Below are positions 49,741-64,000 of a stretch of 64,000 bases of DNA, piece after piece. Each line of letters begins with the position of its first letter. Within the stretch, counting starts at the first letter, position 1. Position numbers and translations under genes: made by a program. Under the pieces are notes generated by a model. It worked only from the letters and a program-made list of their open reading frames with translations. It was not told where the DNA came from and made no database searches. This DNA comes from Macrostomum lignano. Its lineage: Eukaryota. The stretch lies in contig NIVC01001069.1 in NCBI GenBank assembly GCA_002269645.1, positions 1 through 64,000 on the forward strand, read 5' to 3'.

Positions 49741-52436
49741 CTGTCGCAGGGCACATAAGTTAAGCCATATCAGTTGATGATCCAGTAACGTGTGAAGAGG
49801 CCGCAAGTGGCGTCCTGTTGCTCGTCGTGGTATCCTGATGAAGCTCCTAGTCCAGGATCTGTATCAGACTGTATGTCCTGAGGATGTCACACTCTGTGCC
49901 TTGGGGGTTAGTCCTCGTGGTTGTAAATTGTGTCACATGCTCTGGATCCATTTTTTTCTCAAAAGCCACAAATTAATTTGACTGAGCAGCGCGGAGTCAA
50001 ACTTAGGTAATTGGCTTTAACCTCTGATAAGTTATTGACTTTTGATAGAATTTTTATCTTATGCAAAGATATTTCTAGAAAAACTTGCTTTGAATCTTTT
50101 CTAAGCCTTTAAGTTCAAATCGTCTGCAGTCGGGCTATTTGTTCTCAAGCAGTTGTACTTTATAAACGATCGTTTCTTAGCTCGCGTAAGGAACAAAATA
50201 ATCCACTGAAGTATCGCACTAATGGTATTAAGAAACGCACAGCCCCCAGCAGACTCGAGTTAGATGTGTATGTTGCTGCGTTTGCTTGCTTGCTACTGGA
50301 AGCAGCCGGTCTGCCTCCCACCTCACCCCCTCAAAACTGAATGTCCAAACTGGCACGCCAGCTGCCCTCCCGGCTTCCAGCCTCAGCGGGTAGAAGGCTG
50401 CAGCCAGACTAGTTCCTCACAGCTATTCCACGGCGTTCTAGAACTAGAAGTCTCGCTAGTCTCGCATGAAGCACTCATTGACGAAGAAATTGATCACGAC
50501 AAAAGACGGTTTAAAATTTGACAATTTTCGCAACTCAATCATGATTCAGCTATGTGAGTTTCAAGGCCTCAAATTAGGATGCATCTCTAGTTTGTTTCTA
50601 TGCCGGTCTCCAGATGCTGGATCTAGTGCTCCGTGGATGCAGCACCCGTTACCAAATTCTCCAAGTGCGATCCGCGCAGTCGCAGCAGTGGCCGCAAGGA
50701 CTGTGGGGGAGACGAGAGTAAATGGATGGGGCGCTGTGGCTCATTGCTTATGAATTATTTAGTAGCAACCCTAGTAGCTAGAGCCGCACTGTTCCCTATC
50801 CGACGCTGTTGGGGGGGGGGGTAAAAAATGGTCGCCGAAGCACGACTTTGGTAGCTATGCGGGCCGCGGCTGTCTTGTTGGTTACAGAAATTGCACTGAG
50901 AGACAGCTGGTGTGAGAGAACCACGGGATCTGAGCAGGATGGGCGCTGTTCTTACAGCAGCATATATACTTTTATTATATGACTAAACCTTCACTTTCCC
51001 ACTGTCTAAGTGCGACAGTTGGACTCGCGGGGTGTGCTCGATGTGCATATTTCCTACTTAAGTCCGTTATATACATTGTGCTTGCGGTTTTCGGAGCCCA
51101 GAGAGCACTGGAAAGCAATGGAGGCAAGAGACAGGGGACGGGGAGCATTGGAGGGGATGCAAGTCTTCCTCAAGGTTGCGTGCCGTCCCCTAAGAGTCCT
51201 CCGCCTGCTTGGGCAGCAGCGACACGGGACATCTCGTATTGATTTCATGGAAACCACACACACACACACACACACACACACACCAAAGCATTCTGTGGCC
51301 CCGTGTAGGCCTTCAGTGAGAGAAAGACGGAATGAGGGAACTGAGTTTTTGGGGGGGGGGTCCAGACTCAAAGCAGAGAAGCCTCTTGCGAATCTCCTCA
51401 CGCTACGGGGGGTATTGGCATTGGGTGGTCGGAGCGGAGGCGCCTCATCGCCCCGTTCATTCCTTTCCCTTTTCCCTCCTCGCTCTCCCCCCTCTCTCGG
51501 ATGTCCCCCCGGTAGAATGCAGAGGATTTCCCTTTATTTCTCTCCCAAAGCTTTCATGCATCGCAGTCCGCGCTCGATTTACCCCCTGCTCTTCATTTCT
51601 TGGGCCATTTTTTTTCCACTTTAGCTTTCCGCCATCTTATGCGGTTAGTTGCTACCCCTGCCGAGTGCACCTGGATAACCTACTCGTACTTCTCACAAAT
51701 CTGGAGCTTTCACAGTGCTAATCTGGTTTTCTCAACTTGAAGAAACGATAATTATGTTACATTATTATTGACTGGGCAGATCGCAGCCTCATTGGGCTAA
51801 AGGGTGGGCAGAGCACGACATCTAGTGACATGCCTGACGATTAGAAAGTCAGGGCTGCTGTACACCCCTTGTGAGCGTGTGTGTGAGTTTGCTGTCAATG
51901 TACTCCTAATGAAATCCAACCAGCCTATTGATGTGCCAATAGGCCAGTTTACGACCAGCTCAAGCTCAAGCCGTCTCCTCGGCATAGGAACAATTTTTTT
52001 TACACAATTCCGCCAATTATTTCCCGACGCCTTGTTGGGCTCAGCCGGCGTCATGGCCAAAGTATGCACGGCTAATAGCCAGAACCATAGCAGCGGAGAA
52101 GTTGGACTTCGCGCTGGGTTAGGGAAGTGACAGGGAGAGAGCGAGAGGATGCAAGGGGGACTGTCGGCTGTGGTCGGCGTGGCGGTAGGGTGACAGCATT
52201 TTATTATACGTTGGGGTGGGGTAGAGAGCCAGGGGACCTCCAAATTGGAGCTTGGGCATTTCGGGGATTGTTAAGCGGCTTGATGGTGGTGGTAGAACAG
52301 AAGGCTCATGAGAGAAATAGAGGCGGGAAGAGAGGAGAGTGAGGGCAGGAGAAGATGGGGAGAAGGTGCGCGCAGTGAGCAATGTTCCCCAACCCCAGTC
52401 CTAAAGAAGAGTTTCCTTGTTTCAAGTCCCAAGGCC

Positions 52437-52446
52437 CTGATTGGCT
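52437..52446 (-). promoter_or_regulatory. CCAAT box (NF-Y consensus AGCCAATCAG) ~115 bp upstream of the likely Cav1 start codon
   Basis: Plus-strand ctgattggct lies in a GC-rich region upstream of ATG 52562. Confidence 0.45.
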
Positions 52447-52561
52447 GCAGGCAGAAACTCCATTGACCACCCGACACTGCCCCCTCCCCACTTGCAGAGT
52501 CGGCGGAGGCGGGGGGAGCGTCCTGAGCGCCTCCCCACCTCCACCCGGCCGGCTGGCAGAC

Positions 52562-53097
52562 ATGAACAGCCGAGGACGGGACGCCGGGCCGCTGGGTCAA
52601 CCGGCAACTCAGACTGCGATCTCGCAGCAACAGCGCCAGCGTTCTAAAGATTCAACAGTCACTGCTGGCACAGATGCCAGAGGACCTGCTAATAAAGAAG
52701 TTCCTCAACAGCAGCAGCAGCCGCAGTCAGCACCGGGATGTCCGCACCAACAGCGGCCGGCAATAAGCAGACAGGCTGTACCGCAGGCGCAACAGCCACA
52801 CAAACAGGTGCAAATCGATCCTAATCCGTGCTTCCCGGCTGCAGACAACAATAATGCTGCCCAGTCGCCCCCTGCCGGTGTCACAAGCGCCCTAGGATCC
52901 CTGAGCGGTCCGGGCCACTCAAACGACCTCATGTCTGTGGCCATGACTGCGCTGCTGGCGCAGCAGAACCAAGCCAAGAAGGGCGCCGCGAGGCCGGTGC
53001 GAACTGAGCCAAGAGACAAGCGGCCGAACCGGGTGCTGTTCTGCCTGACCATCAATAATCCCATTAGGAAAATTATCATCAAGTTTGTCGATTGGAA
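52562..53097 (+). CDS. Cav1: L-type voltage-gated calcium channel alpha-1 (Cav1), first coding exon (start uncertain; frame open from 52382)
   Basis: ...RPNRVLFCLTINNPIRKIIIKFVDW(K); donor TGG AA|GTGAGT at the conserved phase-2 W-K intron. Confidence 0.9.
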
Positions 53098-53702
53098 GTG
53101 AGTTCATTGCAAAACTGTGTTAGCGTTGACTTGCCTATGAAACTTATTCTATACTTTATGTTGAAAGATAGGAATGGCAGTTTGTTCGTGTGTGTTGTAG
53201 GTTATTAATCAATGGGTTAATGAGGGAATGCGCTAACCAGGTATGGGAATGCATAGTCTAAGCCCATGAATAACCTATCATGTTGTCATCATTTTCGCAT
53301 GTAGAGAACCAATTAACTTTGAGTCAATTTTGTCAAGGCCAACATTAAATTTTTAAAAGCTTTTTCGCTTCACTGCTATGAATTTTAAGCCTTGGCTTGA
53401 AAAAGCTTTGATCCTGGGTTTACTCACAGGCTCAGTATAATCGGTCCGTGAGTCCGCGTGCACGCAAGTTTCTCACTTACTCATTTGGCAGGCTTCCCGC
53501 CCTCTTCTCTGCTTGCTTGGCAATTGGGGCATCGCAATGAAAATTCCATCAGCACAACCCAGCCAAGGGCGAGACTGCGTGACCTAATTAGAGACAGAGA
53601 GACCGGGGTGCTGGGAATATCAATAAATAAAATAATTCAATGTAAATGGCATTACCAGGCCTTAGCAACTGCATTTATGCTGGCTGACAAATTACAGCTC
53701 TA

Positions 53703-54955
53703 TGCTGAGATACCAGCTCAGATTCAAGCTGAGATACCAGCCCAGATTCAAGCTGAGATCTAGATCAGCTTCCAGCTGAGATACTAGCTCAGATTCCAGC
53801 TGAGATACCAGCTCAGATTCAAGCTGAGATCTAGATCAGCTTCCAGCTGAGATACCAGCTCAGATTCAAGCTGAGATACCAGCTCAGATTCAAGCTGAGA
53901 TCTAGATCAGCTTCCAGCCAAGATACCAGCTCAGATTCAAGCTGAGATACCAGCTCAGATTCCAGCTGAGATACCAGCTCAGATTCAAGCTGAGATACCA
54001 GCTCAGATTCAAGCTGAGATACCAGCTCAGATTCAAGCTGAGATACCAGCTCAGATTCAAGCTGAGATACCAGCTCAGATTCAAGCTGAGATACCAGCTC
54101 AGATTCAAGCTGAGATACCAGCTCAGATTCAAGCTGAGATACCAGCTCCGATTCCAGCTGAGATACCAGCTCAGATTCAAGCTGAGATACCAGCTCCGAT
54201 TCCAGCTGAGATACCAGCTCAGATTCCAGCTGAGATACCAGCTCAGATTCCAGCTGAGATACCATCTCAGATTCAAGCTGAGATACCAGCTCAGATTCAA
54301 GCTGAGATACCATCTCAGATTCAAGCTGAGATACCAGCTCCGATTCCAGCTGAGATACAGCTCAGATTCCAGCTGAGATACCAGCTCAGATTCAAGCTGA
54401 GATACCATCTCAGATTCAAGCTGAGATACCATCTCAGATTCAAGCTGAGATACCAGCTCAGATTCAAGCTGAGATACCAGCTCAGATTCCAGCTGAGATA
54501 CCAGCTCAGATTCAAGCTGAGATACCATCTCAGATTCAAGCTGAGATACCAGCTCAGATTCAAGCTGAGATACCAGCTCAGATTCCAGCTGAGATACCAG
54601 CTCAGATTCCAGCTGAGATACCAGCTCAGATTCCAGCTGAGATACCATCTCAGATTCAAGCTGAGATACCAGCTCAGATTCAAGCTGAGATACCATCTCA
54701 GATTCAAGCTGAGATACCAGCTCCGATTCCAGCTGAGATACAGCTCAGATTCAAGCTGAGATACCAGCTCAGATTCCAGCTGAGATACCAGCTCAGATTC
54801 CAGCTGAGATACCAGCTCAGATTCCAGCTGAGATACCATCTCAGATTCAAGCTGAGATACTAGCTCAGATTCCAGCTGAGATACCAGCTCAGATTCAAGC
54901 TGAGATCTAGATCAGCTTTCCAGCTGAGATACTAGCTCAGATTCCAGCTGAGATT
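53703..54955. repeat. 24-bp minisatellite (gctgagataccagctcagattcaa) in Cav1 intron 1
   Basis: Tandem copies. Confidence 0.96.
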
Positions 54956-56035
54956 CTCGGGTTAGATATCGGTAAGGAGATAGATGCCAGACGATCTGAC
55001 TGCTGAAACCCAAAAGTCAAGAGGCAGCTCAAGTTTTTCTCCAAGACCGCCTCCTTCGAACTGGCTTCCTGGTGTGGAACTCGCTCAGCCATATCGGCTC
55101 ATAAGCAATTTGCATAGATCGATGAAAACTGCCCAGCGAAGCCAGTGCCAAATGCGAGGCTCTTACGGACATCCAGACAGTCGGTCAGCAAAGATGAGTG
55201 GGCGGCCGCTTCACGGCGCAATGATTTAATCTAAAACCCGGAGGCCTCCCCATCCGGCCAAAACACACCCTGCACAGTAGTTCGAGAGAGATGTCGAACT
55301 GCTGCTGCGGGGAGGAGGCTGGGTTCGGGGCTCCGGCCTTCATAACCGAATTTCTGCAACAGCAGCAGGCACAGCAGGACTGAGGAGGCCAGTGGCTGCT
55401 ACAGACGGCAAACAAACACAACTCGCTCGTCTGGCTACTCAGCTCTGCCAGTTGGGTTGCCAATCAGTGGCCGCATTCTGTCCGAGATTTTCTCCTGTCC
55501 GTCCAACCCCCTCCCACTTTGTCCATCTCCAACTCTGCCCTGCCTGCCGCGATGGTAGCTGGAGTAGCAGAAACTCTTCAAGTGACTTCAACTGGTCTGC
55601 CTGATCAGTCAATTCAAGCGGCCACTTGAAGCACAGATCCGTGCAGATATCTGTAGTTGTGTGCATTTAAAAACCTTTTTCTTGCCATGTCTTTGGGACA
55701 TGAAATCATATAAGGCGCTAATTAGGGTCTATTTATTAACCCGTGGACTGTTCACGCGTGCATTACAGGCCATCCAATTAGGGACTTTACTGGGGTCTTG
55801 GACAGGAATTCTGGGCAGTCTTGCGAAAGCTTCGTTTATACACTGCTAGTATGTTGAAGCCTGCTATGAGCCGCGCTTAATCAGCAATGACTCCCTACTG
55901 GATGGATGCGGAGCCCCTGGACTCACGCTGGGTCTGCAGAGCCGCAGACTGGCTAATTTATTTGCTGAGACAAGCAGCAATAGGGAGCAGGGAGAGAAGG
56001 ATTCACGGTCGGATGACTCTCACGGACAGCGAATG

Positions 56036-56201
<166 letters not shown>

Positions 56202-56671
56202 TAGTTACTGCCAATGGATTTTGGCTGCCCCAGATTTCCAGGAAAACTCGCCGACTCACCCGCTCTCCGATCCACCTGTTTGACTTCCGCTCTGCTCTTG
56301 GTTAAACCCCCCCTCCCCCTGCTCCGGCGCATCCCGTCTCAGCGTCCCCCGGGGCTCCTTAGACAGGAACTTCTTCCCAATCTTCATTGAGTCTCCATCA
56401 AAGAATCCTCATCGAGTATCTGAGCTAATGGAGCTGGCAGGAAGCTGGCCTCATCAGTTCAACTCACTCTGGCAAAAAACGCAACCGAGATTCTGAGAGG
56501 CTTCAATGCTGCTTAATGTGACCGTTAACGGAGCTTGAGCAGTCATTTAAGTCCCTAGTCTCGGATGCTTTATTGTTCGACAAGGTTCTTTAGTCAACGA
56601 CTAATGCTCTGTCTATTGTGCCTGGCCTGTGGTCTTGTTTTACTTGGACGATGCTTAGAAGAAGCGTTCGG

Positions 56672-57270
56672 AAGCTGGATTCCACTTGGGAAGCTACCCA
56701 TGTAGTTGCTGGATTCCACTTGGGAAGCTACCCATGTAGTTGCTGGATTCCACTTGGGAAGCTACCCATGTAGTTGCTGGATTCCACTTGGGAAGCTACC
56801 CATGTAGTTGCTGGATTCCACTTGGGAAGCTACCCATGTAGTTGCTGGATTCCACTTGGGAAGCTACCCATGTAGTTGCTGGATTCCACTTGGGAAGCTA
56901 CCCATGTAGTTGCTGGATTCCACTTGGGAAGCTACCCATGTAGTTGCTGGATTCCACTTGGGAAGCTACCCATGTAGTTGCTGGATTCCACTTGGGAAGC
57001 TACCCATGTAGTTGCTGGATTCCACTTGGGAAGCTACCCATGTAGTTGCTGGATTCCACTTGGGAAGCTACCCATGTAGTTGCTGGATTCCACTTGGGAA
57101 ACTACCCATGTAGTTGCTGGATTCCACTTGGGAAGCTACCCATGTAGTTGCTGGATTCCACTTGGGAAGCTACCATTTAGTTTTAGGGTTCCAACTTGGA
57201 AGCTACCATTTATTTTTAGGGTTCCAACTTGGAAGCTACCATTTAGTTTTAGGATTCCAACTGGGAAGCT
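56672..57270. repeat. 34-bp minisatellite (gctggattccacttgggaagctacccatgtagtt), near-identical copies with a diverged tail
   Basis: Tandem copies. Confidence 0.96.
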
Positions 57271-57773
57271 ACAATCTAGCTAGTTGCAGAGTATTGAAAC
57301 AGAGCACCTTTTCCACCTCTAAGTAAATTTACGGAATGCTTTAGAGTGTTTTTATTTGACTTTGCATTGTGAGCGTGAGCAGTGGGGAGTTCTGGCAGTC
57401 ACTGACAGTTAGCCTGCAGCATTTACATTTGGGAAAATTAATGATCCTATGCTTTGTATCCAGTCTGAACTCCACAGCCCCGCCACCCCGCTACTGTGTT
57501 GACAGATGGCCATAATTAGCACGAATGATGAAATCTACCAGGTCATGCGGGGCATAGCTGGGGGATTTAACTAGTAATTCCGAGCCTAAAGCCGTATCTT
57601 GTAAGAGTTTGAGCAAGATTTTCAGTTCAAATTAGGCTTTTGCTTTGCTAGATCGGCTTTAAGATTTTATGCTGAATGAGCAGTCCATTAATACGATTGG
57701 TATTGCACATCATGGCTGCAGGCTAATGGACTTGGGGCGGTGCAGGGACCTGCCTCGCCGTTCAGCCTTTGTT

Positions 57774-58270
<497 letters not shown>

Positions 58271-59261
58271 ATCTAAATGATGGATGACTAATCTTCCATT
58301 CCTATGCACATGCCAGTCCCCTCTGCTCCATGCGGAGCAGGGTATTCTAATTTGGCTAATTGCCAAAGCTGCGAACTAACCGCCAGCTCACTCGCTCAAG
58401 CGCCCCACTCTGTTACTAATTCCATATTTACGCCAAAGCTTTTCACCTTTAGCCATCGCTGTCTGGCCCTCTTGAGCTGTCCATCTCGCCAGTCAAATTC
58501 CAGCAAAGATAGAAGAAACACGACGAGTCTCGCACTCAATAATTAATCTGCTTTCAGAGCCGTTCTCATGGGCACTCAGCATCGCTGACCGACTTTCCAG
58601 ATCTTGACCGACCCCCTGACCCCCCTCCCTAATCGCTGGCCGACTCATCGTGAGGGGACACAAGCCGAGGATCTCGCAGGCGATTGCGAGCTGGCTCGCG
58701 ACTATTCCATTTTTTTGTTCTGAAACTGACCAGAAGCTGCTGCCCCCAGCAACCAGTCACACTCTGAGCTCGATCGGGCCCGCCCGGAAGAGAGAGAAAG
58801 CGGCAGAAAAAAAAGTTTCAATGCAAATTTTCCGTGTGGGAGCAAAATAATATTTTGCGTGCCGCGAGTTGAGGAATTAAGCAACTCCACTCAGGATTGC
58901 CCGAGCGGCCACCCGACAGTGAAGGGGTAGAGAGCCACCCCGAGCTCTCGGATCGGGCAATTTCCGTCATCATTTTAGGCGAAAACCGTTCGTTTGTGGA
59001 CTGTCAAGCAAAATAGAGAATTAAGGCCTTTTATGACTTGACTGGACGGCCTTGCGGACCGGCTCAGATATAAACAGGCTGGGTGCACCATATGGGCTGG
59101 GGACTCCCGACCTGCCCTGCGCGGCTTGATGGGCAGAGCAATTTCTGTGGGAGGGAAGAAATTCCCCACAGACCGTGTCCACCCAGAATGCAGAATGAAG
59201 AAAAATAATAAGTTAAAATGATTTCCTTTGGTCTGATTTCAATGATACTGCCACCACCCTA

Positions 59262-59529
<268 letters not shown>

Positions 59530-60544
59530 TGAAATCTACCCACCGACCAAGGCACACTTGGGGTAGCAACAGAAGGCCATGCAGTTCCGTCTGTTAGGCA
59601 ATTATTGATCCCTGACACCATAACCCTCACAATTCAACTCTCAGCACTGGGCTGTCTGGCTTTGAAGAGGCGCCAGTGCTGCTACAGTGCGCTTATTGAA
59701 AGCCATTAAGCCAAGCCATTGTGGTTGGGGCCCCAGAGCATTCCACTCATTGTGAATTTTCTTCAAAGTTCGTGTCCCGCCCTTCTTTGCCATGCTGTCA
59801 GGCTATTCCTGCAACCTTAGCCTTGTTAAGCTATGACTGGTGGGGAAGAGGGTGAGAATAGAGGAGAGGGGAAAGAAGTTAGCCGCTGTATCGAAGGTCT
59901 TCCATGTGTGTGTGAGTCCTTGTGCACCTCCGAGCTGCTGGCGGCAGCAGGACTCAGCCGAGCTGTTCTCAAACCGCTGCTGCAGTCCTCCTGTCTTCCA
60001 GCACTGGGCGCTCTTCTATACTTCAATCTTGGCTTGGGCGCATAAGGAAGTCAAACCTAAGACCCTTCTCCCCTATCCCCGGCACCCTGGCCTCCCCAGA
60101 CCTTCCCTCTAGCTCGCACCCCTCGCCCTCGTCCCGTGTGAGTCTCGTGTTCCCCTCCAGCAGCTCTTCAGCCCCGACTAGAACCGCATTTCCTTCATTT
60201 TTCAAGAGGTCATGGCTGAGAGAGTGAGGGGCTGTGGGAGAGAGGGAGTCGACTTGGACCGAGAGAAGGCTTCCCTGCTTCGAGTTTAAGCTGCCCCGAG
60301 GTTGATCCGCGTGGGGGGAGGGTCAGTTAAGTCCGGTTTTTCCAGGTCGATTTTTTAAGCTCAATGTTGCACTTTAATGTCGGATTGCACTTTTCTTTAT
60401 TGAGGTGATAAGCAGGCATATTCGAGCGAGGCAAACATAGAGAGCCTTGGATTATGATTCTGAAATTATGTGACAATGTAAAATTGAATATCTTGCATCT
60501 TGCCACTGGGTTCACAACATCTCGATTGATTCTATAAAAAATTC

Positions 60545-60680
60545 TGGAATGGAATCCTGGAATGGAATTATGGAATGGATTCTGGAATGGAATTCTGAAA
60601 TGGAATTCTGAAATGGAATTCTGGAATGGAGTTCTTAAAGAGAAATTTGGAATGGAATTCTGGAGTGATTCTAGAATGAT
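60545..60680. repeat. Short degenerate repeat (ggaattctggaat-like, ~12-13 bp)
   Basis: Visible imperfect copies. Confidence 0.75.
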
Positions 60681-60775
60681 ATTATTTGATTAATGAATAA
60701 TAAGTCTCAGGACCTCGACTCAATTTTGGGATTATTTGCATAAAAATTGAATAAAACTCACATCTAAACCCGCAG

Positions 60776-60881
60776 GCCCTTTGAAATAATCATTCTGCTG
60801 ACCATTTTTGCCAACTGCGTGGCACTGGCTGCTACAACCCCCTACCCTGAGATGGACTCCAATGACGTCAACTTGTTTCTC
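60776..60881 (+). CDS. Cav1: Cav1 alpha-1, exon 2 (domain I S1)
   Basis: Acceptor cgcAG|G; (K)[35 protein letters not shown]; donor CTC|[24 protein letters not shown] is the L-type IS1 signature. Confidence 0.96.
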
Positions 60882-60914
60882 GTGAGTTCTATTGATGATA
60901 ACAATCGGATTATC

Positions 60915-62088
60915 TATGGGATCGATGGGGATCGATGGGGATCGATGGGGATCGATGGGGATCGATGGGGATCGATGAGGATCGATGAGGATCGATGGGG
61001 ATCGATGGGGATCGATGGGGATCGATGGGGATCGATGGGGATCGATGGGGATCGATGGGGATCGATGGGGATCGATGGGGATCGATGGGGATCGATGGGA
61101 TCGATGGGGATCGATGGGGATCGATGGGGATCGATGGGGATCGATGGGGATTGATGAGGATCGATGGGAATCGATGAGGATCGATGGGGATCGATGGGGA
61201 TCGATGGGGATTTATGAGATTCGATAGGGATTAATAGGGATCGATGGGGATCGATGAGGATCGATGAGGATCGATGGGGATCGATGGGGATCGATGGGGA
61301 TCGATGGGGATCGACGGAGATCGATGAGGATCGATGAGGATCGATGAGGATCGATGGGGATCGATGGGGATCGATGGGGATCGATGGGGATCGACGGGGA
61401 TCGATGAGGATCGATGGGGATTGATGAGGATCGATCGATGGGGATCGATGAGAATCGATGGGGATCGATGGGGATCGATGGGGATTTATGAGATTCGATA
61501 GGGATTAATAGGGATCGATGGGGATTTATGAGATTCGATAGGGATTAATAGGGATCGATGGGGATCGACGGGGATCGATGAGGATCGATGGGGATTGATG
61601 AGGATCGATCGATGGGGATCGATGAGAATCGATGGGGATCGATGGGGATCGATGGGGATTTATGAGATTCGATAGGGATTAATAGGGATCGATGGGGATC
61701 GATGGGGATCGATGAGGATCGATGGGGATCGATGGGGATCGATGGGGATCGATGGGGATCGATCGGGATCGATGGGGATCGATGGGGATCGATGGGGATC
61801 GATGGGGATCGATGAGGATCGATGGGGATCGATGGGGATTGATGGGGATCGATGGGGATCGATGACAATCGATGGGGATCGATGGGGATCGATGGGGATC
61901 GATGAGGATCGATGGGGATCGATGGGGATCGATGGGATCGATGAGGATCGATGGGGATCGATGAGGATCGATGGGGATCGATGGGGATCGATGGGGATCG
62001 ATGAGGATCGATGGGGATCGATGGGGATCGATGAGGATCGATGGGGATCGATGAGAATCGGTGGGGATCGATGGGGATCGATGGGGAT
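60915..62088. repeat. 10-bp minisatellite (ggggatcgat) filling Cav1 intron 2
   Basis: Tandem copies with a recurring gggatttatgagattcgatagggattaata interruption. Confidence 0.97.
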
Positions 62089-62165
62089 TTAAATAATGAG
62101 AACAAGTTTAGTCAAATTCCCTGAAATACCACCAATTCAAGATGTATTTTGCATAAATTTTGCAG

Positions 62166-62577
62166 GAGAAGTTGGAGCTGGTTTTCACTGGCATCTTCAC
62201 CTTCGAATGCTTCTTCAAAATCATAGCCCAAGGCTTTGTCATGGACCAGAACGCATACTTGCGCAACTTTTGGAACGCGCTCGACTTTGTCATAGTCGTC
62301 ATGGGCTTATTCAGCATAGCCCTGCAAAGCCTGCTGCCAAAGTCCCTCGACATCAAAGCACTGCGGGCTTTCCGCGTGCTGCGACCCCTTAGGTTGGTCT
62401 CCGGCCTGCCCAGCCTCCAAGTGGTGCTGAACTCCATCATGAAGGCGATGCTCCCTCTGCTTCACATTGCCCTGCTGGTCCTATTTGTAATTCTAATCTA
62501 TGCAATCATCGGCCTGGAGATGTTCTCGGGAAAATTGCACGGCGCCTGCTACAGGCAGGATCACACTACCGGGCTCT
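62166..62577 (+). CDS. Cav1: Cav1 alpha-1, exon 3 (domain I S2-S5); gene continues beyond the window
   Basis: Acceptor ttgcAG|GAG; [23 protein letters not shown]...[14 protein letters not shown]...[62 protein letters not shown]; donor T|GTGAGT. Confidence 0.97.
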
Positions 62578-63709
62578 GTGAGTTATTTTAATTTGAATTT
62601 TTGCTCTTCTTTGTTTTAATCGATTTGGCTAGTATTTTTACACCAGCTGCTAGTAAATTTTATTGCCTCATTTTGTCGACGAATGCTGCTTAATTATTCT
62701 AAGTAAGAATAATAAAAAAACAAATTTACTTCAAGCAGATTGCTCGAATTTTTCGGGTATTTTTCTAGGAATCTGAATCGGTTAAAGAATTTCTTAGAAA
62801 TTATGCTTGAAATTCTGAGTTTTTCTTTTCATACAAAAGTTCATAATTATTACATTAACAAATTTTTTAGCAGTAAGTTTAGCTTGATTTAATTTAAAAA
62901 TATACTGAACAATCTCCATTTCTTATAATTTTTTAAGCTTAATATAAGAAAAACAAATTAGTTAATGCTTGAAAATATAAAAACTGGCCGACTTATTTAA
63001 AAAACAGTTTTCCGCTAGCCTTAGTTTTTAATTTATGTCTAGCTGTTGATGCATTTAAACGATGTTGACTAATAAATGACAAAAAATGACTTAAGAAATT
63101 TCTCAAACAGGGTTCTAACTTCTCAGATAGGAAAGTGCATCTGTATGAGAAATAGAACGAGACAGATGAGAGCGAGAGGTGGAGAAGGAAGAGATGGAAG
63201 GAAGCCCTTTGTCGCAGCAGCAAATCGGCTCTGCTGGCCTCTGGTGGGAACAGCCGTATATGGCTGCCTTCATTGTGCGCGCGCTCCCTCCACGGGTTCT
63301 CTTCCCCTCCTTTGCACTCTCATTAATGGACCATGGTGAGGCTGCTGCGACAGCAAAAAACGAAATTATAAGCGGCTATTCAGCCAGAAATTGCGTGGCT
63401 GTATAGTAGAGAGAGAGCAGGCAGAGAGTGGGATGGAGGGAGTCGGTCCGCCACGCGCCAACTTTGCATATCGATTTGCATACTAAATGAGTAACAGCCC
63501 TACTGAGCTGCCAAAAAGTTGAGGAAGTGATTTGCCCTCCTCAATCCCCGAACTGCTCGGCTTCTTGCTGTGAGGTCTTTTCTTCAAAAGAATTTCAAAC
63601 TTTCTTGTACACCTGATTGGATAAGACATAAAATGAGTTAATGAGGTAGAAAATATTTGATGCAAGTTTCAGCAGCGAGATCGCCGCGTAAATCCACAAC
63701 TATCAACCA

Positions 63710-64000
63710 ATGCTCACCCAAATCTACCGATGCTCACCCAAATCTACCAATGCTCACCTAAATCTACCCGATCCTCATCCAAATCTACCGATCCTCACCC
63801 AAATCTACCCGATCCTCATCCAAATCTACCCGATCCTCACCCAAATCTACTGATCCTCATCCAAATCTACCCGATCCTCCAAATCTACCGATCCTCACCC
63901 AAATCTACTGATCCTCACCCAAATCTACCGATTCTCACCCAAATCTACCCGACCCTCATCCAAATCTACTGATCCTCATCCAAATCTACCCGATCCTCAC
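63710..64000. repeat. ~20-bp tandem repeat (cctcacccaaatctacc(c)gat), runs off the window
   Basis: Tandem copies. Confidence 0.9.

Noticed and set aside
52382-52561. Earlier Cav1 start at ATG 52382
   Set aside because: The frame is open, but it spans the CCAAT box and promoter-like GC tract; ATG 52562 is preferred, though this is not proven.

Overview
Eukaryotic (metazoan) genomic DNA. Ala/Gln/Ser-rich GC-rich exons and introns packed with private mini/microsatellites suggest an invertebrate such as a Macrostomum-like flatworm (inference only). Positions 1-13000 are the right-hand part of an endogenous Polinton/Maverick (adintovirus-type) element. It carries the major capsid N-terminus, packaging ATPase, gasdermin-X-like protein, adenain protease, protein-primed PolB, an adenovirus pX-like protein, rve integrase, a parvovirus-type PLA2, two orphan subterminal ORFs, a dyad-rich 140-bp triplication and a probable terminus ...CTACT at 13000. 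Nearly every viral ORF is broken by 1-bp deletions, mostly in homopolymers. Host features follow: a three-exon Mlx/Mondo-like bHLH-ZIP gene with an atypical basic region (16785-21229), a CORE-type SINE, a 1465-bp internally deleted P-element with 109-bp TIRs, 8-bp TSD and a spliced THAP domain (26138-27602), a few orphan minus-strand exons, about 25 tandem-repeat arrays, and the first three coding exons of an L-type Cav1 alpha-1 gene (52562-62577, continuing past the window). Family assignments rest on motifs recognised by eye and reference sequences recalled from memory; no database search was run.
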